In this document: piece after piece, positions 44,855 to 50,993 of the stretch
Numbering within the stretch: position 1 is the stretch's first letter
Layout: every line of letters begins with the position of its first letter
DNA from: an uncultured Clostridia bacterium
Lineage (GTDB): Bacteria; Bacillota; Clostridia; Christensenellales; Borkfalkiaceae
Length of the DNA: 50,993 nucleotides
Direction: 5' to 3'
NCBI GenBank assembly: GCA_905235795.1
Contig: CAJOMS010000002.1
Location: forward strand, 1 to 50,993
Notes under the pieces: model-generated
What the model was told of the DNA's origin: nothing
The model's database searches: none
Seen by the model: the letters and a program-made list of their open reading frames with translations, nothing else
Program-made: the position numbers and the translations under genes

Positions 44855-47068
44855 ATGAAAAAGATTTTTAAAATTATAGCTTGCGCAATTCTTTGCAACG
44901 TAATATTGTTTTGTACCCTTTTCATTTACGCTGCTTATATAACGGCAGACGCAACTTTCGACGCGTCTAAATTGACGCAAAATTCAGAAACGACAGTATT
45001 TTTCGACTGCAACGGATCAAAGATAGGACAAACCGAAACGCAAACGCCCGTTTACGTTCCGATACAAGAATTGCCATCTCACGTCAAAAACGCGTTTGTA
45101 GCCATAGAGGACAAGCGCTTTTACAGCCACCGCGGCATTGACTTCAAGAGAATTTTGAGTGCAGCAAAAAACGATATAATAAGCGGAAATTTTGATGAAG
45201 GAGCCTCTACGATAAGCCAACAACTCATAAAAAATACGCACCTTTCACCCGAAAAGACGATAACCCGAAAATTAAAAGAAATAAAACTTACGCTAATTCT
45301 GGAAAAAAATTATACTAAGGATGAAATTTTGGAAATGTACCTAAACACGATATACTTCGGCGAGGGCGCTTACGGAATTCAAAATGCATCCGTTAAATTT
45401 TTCGGAAAAGATGCAAGCGCGTTGGAACCGCACGAAAGCGCGCTGCTTGCCGCCGTAATAAAAGCGCCGGCGTATTATTCCCCCTATTCCCACCCCGAAA
45501 ATGCTCTAAAAAGGAGAAACGTCGTATTAAAATGCATGATCGAACAAGGCTACGTACCGCCAAGCAACAGAGAAGCGTACACTAACAAACCATTAGAACT
45601 ATCTCCGCAATGCGAAACGGGCGAAACTTCGCAGTACGTTATGCAAGCAAAAAAGGAAGCCGATCAAATTATTTCTTCACTTCCTCTCGGTTTTTACGAA
45701 AAATTTAACGTTTACACGTACTTAAATCCCGAAATAAATCGAGCCGTATATGAAGAAATGAGCACGCAGGATCTGCCGTGCGACTACTCGTCCGTTTTAA
45801 CTGATAATTCAACGCACGGCGTTTGCGCTTTCGTTTCAAGCGTCGAACCCGCCAAAAGATGCCCCGCTTCAACGGTAAAACCGTGGCTCGTTTATGCGCC
45901 CGCAATCGACACGAAAGAGATCACTATCGCAACGAAAATCCTCGATGAAAAAACAGATTTTAACGGTTTTAAACCTAACAATCACAACGGCGTTTACAAC
46001 GGATACATCTCTGCAAAAGAGGCCCTTTATAAAAGTTTGAACGTCCCCGCGGTAAAAATCGCAAACGGCATAGGCATACCCGTGTTAACGAGTTACGCAG
46101 AAAAAATGAACCTTCACTTAAACGGCGGGCTTGGCATGGCTTTGGGCGGCATAGACGAAGGTATGACGTTAAAAGAAATATGCGATCGTTATTCCGTTTT
46201 TACTTCAGGCGGGAATTTTGAAGAAAGTAAATTTATATATAAAATAACGACAAAAGACGGTAAAACAGTCTATCAACACTCACCTGAAAAAACTAAAGTT
46301 TTCGACGAGGGAACCGTTTACGTTATCAACGACGCCCTCTCCGCTTGCGCACAGATGGGCACAGCAAAAAAATTGAAATCCTGCAACCTTCCCCTATGCG
46401 CAAAGACCGGAACCAACGGCAGAGAAAAAGGCAATATGGACGCATACTGCATTTCCTATTCCCCCGAGTTCACCCTCGGTACCTGGCTCGGCAGATACGA
46501 CAACTCGCTCATGCCAAACAGCATTTCCGGCGGCACATACCCAACTATTATGGCGGGCGAAATCTGGCAAGTTTTGAGCAATCACAAAAAAATAACAGCC
46601 TTTCAACCACCCGAAGGGATCGCCGAAATCAGGTTAGACAAAAAGGATTATGAAGATAATTATAGACTGACGAAAGGGACGGACGGCCCTACTTTTTGGT
46701 TTTTGAACGGCACAGAACCTAAAGAAGCGGAAATCAAAAAAAAGGAAAATGCTATACTGAATATCCATCAAGACTGTACCGACGGCACGTACGCCCTCTC
46801 TTTCGACGTTGAAGGCTACGACGGGGTTGAAATTTACGTAGCCGAAAACAAAAAGCGAGAAGAACTTATAAGAGAATTTTTGAATTGCGATGAATGTACG
46901 CTCTCGTACGCCTTAAAAGCAAACACGGATTATCGTTTTTCCATACTCCCGTTTAAGTTTAACGTCGACGAGAGGGAGTATTTTGATAGGATCGATTTGA
47001 GTAGCGTCAAATATATTCCTAAACAACCCGTAAAACCTCCGGCTAAGTTCAAATGGTGGGAAGAATAG
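44855..47068 (+). CDS. Class A penicillin-binding protein (transglycosylase/transpeptidase) with a C-terminal extension
   Basis: N-terminal TM anchor. GT51 motifs AIEDKRFYSHRGID, GASTISQQL and RKLKE. Transpeptidase motifs STVKP and KTGT. The roughly 130-aa C-terminal tail has no family I recognise. ATG 44855 is preceded by GGTGA. Confidence 0.9.
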   Translation: MKKIFKIIACAILCNVILFCTLFIYAAYITADATFDASKLTQNSETTVFFDCNGSKIGQTETQTPVYVPIQELPSHVKNAFVAIEDKRFYSHRGIDFKRILSAAKNDIISGNFDEGASTISQQLIKNTHLSPEKTITRKLKEIKLTLILEKNYTKDEILEMYLNTIYFGEGAYGIQNASVKFFGKDASALEPHESALLAAVIKAPAYYSPYSHPENALKRRNVVLKCMIEQGYVPPSNREAYTNKPLELSPQCETGETSQYVMQAKKEADQIISSLPLGFYEKFNVYTYLNPEINRAVYEEMSTQDLPCDYSSVLTDNSTHGVCAFVSSVEPAKRCPASTVKPWLVYAPAIDTKEITIATKILDEKTDFNGFKPNNHNGVYNGYISAKEALYKSLNVPAVKIANGIGIPVLTSYAEKMNLHLNGGLGMALGGIDEGMTLKEICDRYSVFTSGGNFEESKFIYKITTKDGKTVYQHSPEKTKVFDEGTVYVINDALSACAQMGTAKKLKSCNLPLCAKTGTNGREKGNMDAYCISYSPEFTLGTWLGRYDNSLMPNSISGGTYPTIMAGEIWQVLSNHKKITAFQPPEGIAEIRLDKKDYEDNYRLTKGTDGPTFWFLNGTEPKEAEIKKKENAILNIHQDCTDGTYALSFDVEGYDGVEIYVAENKKREELIREFLNCDECTLSYALKANTDYRFSILPFKFNVDEREYFDRIDLSSVKYIPKQPVKPPAKFKWWEE

Positions 47069-47107
47069 CTATTATGTCAGACATAAATCGTGTTAAAATC
47101 ACTTATA
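47069..47107. repeat. 39-bp intergenic motif, copy B; contains the perfect 7-1-7 palindrome TTATGTC-A-GACATAA
   Basis: 34/39 identical to 606..644. It starts 1 nt after the PBP stop codon. Confidence 0.7.
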
Positions 47108-47216
47108 ATAAAAGATATTGTGCGTAAATTCTATTTTTTCGGTTTTGAGACGAATCGGCAAAAAAATAAGACTCCGTGCCACAGCCGTAGTTAGCGCAAA
47201 GTCTCAAATTTTTACA

Positions 47217-47699
47217 TCATTTTATATATTCCAAAATAACCTTGTAGCAAGTAATCAGCTCCTCTAATCCGCAAGCGCAATTTGCAGGACTTGGCGAAGG
47301 CAGATATTCCCCTTCTATTCCCTGTAAATTTTTTAAAAGTTTTGTCGCCGTCTTTCCCGTCGTAAAAATCTTTTTTATATCCGTTCCATTTATCGCCTCG
47401 GCTATATCCGTCGGCACGGGATTTTTTATAGACGAGTCGCTCGCTCCGGTTATTTCACATCGCTCGATAACGTCCCACAAGGCTATTTTATTCCTTACGA
47501 GCATGGATTCTTTATCAGTCAATGTCAATGGTTCGCACTCTTGCAGCACCGCCGAAACGGCTTTCCAAAACCTGTTTTGCGGATGCCCGTAATAAAAACC
47601 TTGCTCTCTTGATTTCGGCGAAGGAAACGTTCCCAAAATCAAAATCTTCGCCTCGGGAAAAATAAACGGCCCGAACGAATGACTTACTTCTTCACTCAT
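47217..47699 (-). CDS. DNA-deoxyinosine (hypoxanthine) glycosylase, uracil-DNA glycosylase superfamily
   Basis: ILILGTFPSPKSREQGFYYGHPQNRFW matches, from memory, the TIGR04274-type family. ATGA overlap with the upstream kinase gene. Confidence 0.72.
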   Translation of the reverse strand: MSEEVSHSFGPFIFPEAKILILGTFPSPKSREQGFYYGHPQNRFWKAVSAVLQECEPLTLTDKESMLVRNKIALWDVIERCEITGASDSSIKNPVPTDIAEAINGTDIKKIFTTGKTATKLLKNLQGIEGEYLPSPSPANCACGLEELITCYKVILEYIK

Positions 47700-48619
47700 A
47701 TTTCTTCAACTTTTATCTTTTTGTATATTTCATCGTATTTATCTTTATAAAATAGGTTCGTTCCGGGCGTTGTAATCGATGCCGTACCGGCAGCAACGGC
47801 GCATCTTAACATCTCCTTATCATCGCACCCGAGTTCCGTCATATAAGCCGCAGCGGCAAGCATACTGTCGCCCGCGCCGACGGTCGAATTAACGGCTACG
47901 TTTGCCGTTTTAGCAAAGTAAGTTTTGCTTCCGTCCGTAAGCAGCGCCCCCTCTCTACCCAAGGATAGCAGCACTTTTTCAGTGCCAAAACCCAAAAGTT
48001 TTTCGCACGCTTTTATCATTTCCGCCTTCGTCCGCAACGGGTTTTTTACTATAGTTTCCAGCTCCGACAAGTTAGGTTTGACCAAACACACCCCATTCTT
48101 TAAGGCTTCGGTCAATTTTTCCCCTTCGGTATCCACAAAGACTTTTACGTTTTCAGGCATAGCGGCAACGAGTTTAGCGTAATAATCGTCTCCCACGCCC
48201 TGCGGCAAACTGCCGCTCATAACCACCACCGAGCAGCCTGCGGCAAGTTCCGCGGCAAGATCGATAAGCGCCTGCTGTTTTTCTTCCGAAACGAACTCGC
48301 CTTTATCGTTTATCTCGGTCATCATTGATCTGACGTCAATTATTTTATAATTTACGCGAACGCTTCCCTTATTCCACACAAAGTTGCTTTTCACGCCTTC
48401 TTTTTCAAGATTATGTACGAACGGTTTACCGTCATTTTCATACATGAACCCGGTGACCGTACTCGCTCCACCCAATCTACTCACGCCTATAGCGACGTTT
48501 ATCGCCTTGCCTGAATAAGTCATTATTTTATTTTCGATTCTGTTCACCTTTCCGACGTTAAGATTGGGCAATTCAATCGTGCAATCTATACTCGGATTGG
48601 GGCATATCGTCAATATCAC
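47696..48619 (-). CDS. PfkB-family sugar-phosphate kinase (1-phosphofructokinase / tagatose-6-P kinase-like)
   Basis: N-terminus TICPNPSID, GGKAINV-like SGKAINVA, and the C-terminal VNSTVGAGDSMLAA motif. Confidence 0.85.
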   Translation of the reverse strand: MILTICPNPSIDCTIELPNLNVGKVNRIENKIMTYSGKAINVAIGVSRLGGASTVTGFMYENDGKPFVHNLEKEGVKSNFVWNKGSVRVNYKIIDVRSMMTEINDKGEFVSEEKQQALIDLAAELAAGCSVVVMSGSLPQGVGDDYYAKLVAAMPENVKVFVDTEGEKLTEALKNGVCLVKPNLSELETIVKNPLRTKAEMIKACEKLLGFGTEKVLLSLGREGALLTDGSKTYFAKTANVAVNSTVGAGDSMLAAAAYMTELGCDDKEMLRCAVAAGTASITTPGTNLFYKDKYDEIYKKIKVEEI

Positions 48620-48716
48620 TTTGCACCCCTTTCGCCCGCAAAAGGCAGGCAGAAATTTTTCCTTTAAAATAATACCACATCACACAATTAAATGCAATAG
48701 GCAATTTTAATTTACA

Positions 48717-49043
48717 CTATATTTTTCGTTCGGACGGAATATAAAGAACAAGCCCGGGATATATTCCCTCTACGCCGTTAAATTCCATAAGTTCTTTAAC
48801 GGAAACGTTAAACGTCTCGGCAATTTCGTCCGCCGTATCACCCGCCGCAACCCTATAAACACAACTGTCCGATCTCACTACCAACAACTCGTCTCCGGCT
48901 TTTAATCCGCCGGAAACTTTATTCGTTTTTCTAAGAACAGCCGCCGGAACACCGACCTCTGCGGCGACTTCCTCCACACTTTCGGAATCGTTACATACGT
49001 AAATAAAATTTTCACGTTTTTCGTACAGACTGTAAGCTTTCAT
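48717..49043 (-). CDS. Small protein with two LysM-like repeats and no signal peptide
   Basis: Two segments of the form Y.V..GD/ES...IA..F/VGV....L...N......L..G..L.V. Confidence 0.7.
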   Translation of the reverse strand: MKAYSLYEKRENFIYVCNDSESVEEVAAEVGVPAAVLRKTNKVSGGLKAGDELLVVRSDSCVYRVAAGDTADEIAETFNVSVKELMEFNGVEGIYPGLVLYIPSERKI

Positions 49044-49071
49044 ATCACCCCTCCGATATCTGTAATATTGT

Positions 49072-50667
49072 ATGACGAACTCAAATAAAATATATTATCA
49101 TTTAAAAATTTGGGGTGATATTATCAAAAGCATAGCTAAGACTGTAATATTTGTAACAGCATTTTCAGTAATAGAAAGGTTTTTGGGATTTGTTTACAGA
49201 ATATATCTTTCAAGAACAATAGGCTCCGAAGGGCTTGGACTATACCAGATAACCCTTACCGTATTCGGGCTTTTATTGACGATCACTTCTTCAGGAATAC
49301 CCATAACGGTTTCCCGCATGATGACGCGATATTCTGCCGAAAACAACCCGAAAGCCGTACAATCGACCGTTACCGCGGGCATTTTGCTCAGCCTCATTCT
49401 ATCAACGGCTATAGCTACGGTTTTCTTTTTATTCAACAATTATTTAAGCTTTATTTTCTCCGATCCAAGATGTATGGATATACTGCTTATAATAATGCCG
49501 GGACTGATCATAACGTCCGTATACGCCGTGTTGAGAGGATTTTTTTGGGGAAATAAAGACTTCGTTCCTTACAGCGTCATAGAGCTTTTGGAAGAAGCCG
49601 TTATGCTTATAGCCGGCATACTGCTCATAAACCGCTCGACGTCAGTTCTTTCGGACGTACACAGAGCCGCTTGGGCGGTTTTGATTTCTTACGTCTTTTC
49701 TTTTACTTCTGCCTGGATAGTATTTTTTATAAGAAAAGGCAAATTAAACGATCCACTGCCCGTACTTAGGCAATTAACGGCGTCCGCTGCACCCATCACC
49801 GGAACGAGAACCACTACATCGCTCATAAATTCGTTGATAGCGGTAATACTTCCCGCCATGCTGATCGCGTCAGGCCTATCCAAGGAGGCAGCCGTTTCAA
49901 GCTTCGGCGCGGCGTACGGCATGGCAATGCCCATATTGTTTATGCCCGGCACGCTTATAGGCTCTTTGGCAATAGTTTTAGTGCCCGAACTTTCAACTAA
50001 TTTTTATAAAAAACAATCTGAAAATCTAAAAAGAAATATTGAGAGAGCTATCAAATTTTCCGCTTTCGTCGCGTGCATGATAATACCCGTTTTATTCTCT
50101 TTCGGAAAAAAACTCGGCATATTCTTTTACGATTCCGAAGAAGCCGGAATATATCTTTCCGTATTCGCGCCTATAATGCTGCCCATGAGTTTGACGATGA
50201 TATCGACAAGCATGCTAAACTCGTTAAATCGCGAGCGCAAAACTCTGCTTTATTACCTTTGCGGGGCAATTTTTATGCTTGCTTCAATATTTTTACTGCC
50301 TAAATTTATAGGTATATACGCACTTGCGGTAGGAATGTTCGGGCAATTTGCGATAACGGCGTCGCTTAATTTGTTCGAATTGAAACGCGCGACAGGATCC
50401 CCTCTTAATTACTCTAAATACATATTTACGGCAATAATGTTTTTCATCCCATCGTACCTGTTCGGCATAATGCTTAACAACGTGCTTTCATCGTTTTTAC
50501 CAAATGCTGCGACTTGCATTATCGGATGCATTGCCGTAGCAGCTTTCAACTTTACGCTTTTCGTCGTTTTCGGAATGATAGATTTTTTAAAAAAGGAAGA
50601 TTCCCCTAAGTCTCATACGATAAAAAAGGACAAATCTTCCGTCAGAAAAATATCGACAGACCTTTGA
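49072..50667 (+). CDS. MOP-superfamily flippase, SpoVB / polysaccharide-biosynthesis-protein-like
   Basis: 531 aa with about 14 TM helices. The N-terminal pattern ...ERFLGFVYRIYLSRTIGSEGLGLYQ... is typical of SpoVB/MurJ-like proteins. ATG 49072 lacks a clear SD, so the start is uncertain. Confidence 0.8.
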   Translation: MTNSNKIYYHLKIWGDIIKSIAKTVIFVTAFSVIERFLGFVYRIYLSRTIGSEGLGLYQITLTVFGLLLTITSSGIPITVSRMMTRYSAENNPKAVQSTVTAGILLSLILSTAIATVFFLFNNYLSFIFSDPRCMDILLIIMPGLIITSVYAVLRGFFWGNKDFVPYSVIELLEEAVMLIAGILLINRSTSVLSDVHRAAWAVLISYVFSFTSAWIVFFIRKGKLNDPLPVLRQLTASAAPITGTRTTTSLINSLIAVILPAMLIASGLSKEAAVSSFGAAYGMAMPILFMPGTLIGSLAIVLVPELSTNFYKKQSENLKRNIERAIKFSAFVACMIIPVLFSFGKKLGIFFYDSEEAGIYLSVFAPIMLPMSLTMISTSMLNSLNRERKTLLYYLCGAIFMLASIFLLPKFIGIYALAVGMFGQFAITASLNLFELKRATGSPLNYSKYIFTAIMFFIPSYLFGIMLNNVLSSFLPNAATCIIGCIAVAAFNFTLFVVFGMIDFLKKEDSPKSHTIKKDKSSVRKISTDL

Positions 50668-50993
50668 CTTTTGTCAGCGGGAAATATACTATCAATGAAA
50701 GTGCAAGGTTTGCCAAAGTGTTAGGCAGTTGCCACAGCGCCCTGAAGCCTACCAAGCCCATAAAACTGCCGTAATTCCTTACGGAATACGCATTATAATA
50801 TACCCAAAAGCCCAAAGACGTCAAAGCGACGGTACATAACGCGTAACTAATCAAAAACGAGCACGCGGCAAATATTATAAAACCGACAGTGCTCGGCTTG
50901 CCCTTCGTGGCTTTTATAATGCCGTAAATCAGCCCGGGAATAAAGCAATAGAGCGCCGTGGATAAGCCGATTATAGGATTGTACGCCCCTTTC
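50642..50993 (-). CDS. Integral membrane protein, C-terminal part (possibly an ECF-transporter S component); the 5' end is outside the window
   Basis: The frame stays open from 50993 (...KGAYNPIIGLSTALYCFIPGLIYGIIKATKGKPSTVGFIIFAACSFLISYAL...) to the stop at 50642. The ORF-track start at 50854 is an internal TTG. The product guess is weak. Confidence 0.45.
   Translation of the reverse strand, partial: KGAYNPIIGLSTALYCFIPGLIYGIIKATKGKPSTVGFIIFAACSFLISYALCTVALTSLGFWVYYNAYSVRNYGSFMGLVGFRALWQLPNTLANLALSLIVYFPLTKVKGLSIFF

Noticed and set aside
47144-47208. 8-bp inverted repeat TTTGAGAC ... GTCTCAAA with a 49-nt spacer in the convergent PBP/glycosylase intergenic region
   Set aside because: The stem is too short relative to the loop to call a terminator or a structured RNA, and I saw no supporting internal pairing.

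Overview
The window looks like a core chromosomal segment of a spore-forming Firmicute of the Clostridia type. About 85% of the coding capacity is on the minus strand, and gene order follows well-known Firmicute synteny blocks. Reading the minus strand from high to low coordinates: miaB-mutS-mutL-miaA-ynbB-like, then HAD, nagA, prmA, rsmE, mtaB, HIT and rpsU. Next come pcrA-ligA and yicC-rpoZ-priA-def-fmt-rsmB-rlmN-rsgA-rpe-thiN, then asp23-yloV-recG (rpmB is divergent). A tRNA operon follows, then a Zur-controlled zinc ABC operon, a vWA lipoprotein and a second small tRNA operon. At the low end are spoIIAA-spoIIAB-sigF and spoVAC-spoVAD. On the plus strand there is a six-tRNA operon, a 2-kb accessory islet, a class A PBP and a SpoVB/MurJ-like flippase. 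I found no CRISPR array, IS or transposase, integrase, prophage, reverse transcriptase or recognisable defence system, and I do not see a compelling novel multi-gene system. The stretches that deserve a second look are listed here. (1) The islet wedged between tRNA operons (about 3647-5700) carries an Avd-like four-helix-bundle gene translationally coupled to a SAM methyltransferase. It is preceded by a dyad-symmetric array of eight ATGATAT heptamers interleaved with mini-hairpins. (2) A roughly 150-bp tRNA-Gly/tRNA-Val module is duplicated, and the two copies bracket about 6 kb. Both tRNA-Val copies have abnormal T-arms, and one lacks 10 nt of the arm. (3) The Zur operon has a consensus promoter and a perfect 8-5-8 operator, and is extended by a Cys-cluster lipoprotein and a membrane protein. 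(4) rsmE is frameshifted at a homopolymer. (5) A stand-alone paralogue of a YloV middle segment lies between def and fmt. (6) A 39-bp intergenic motif containing a 7-1-7 palindrome is present twice, 46 kb apart. All product calls rest on motif and family recognition by eye and on synteny. No searches were run.
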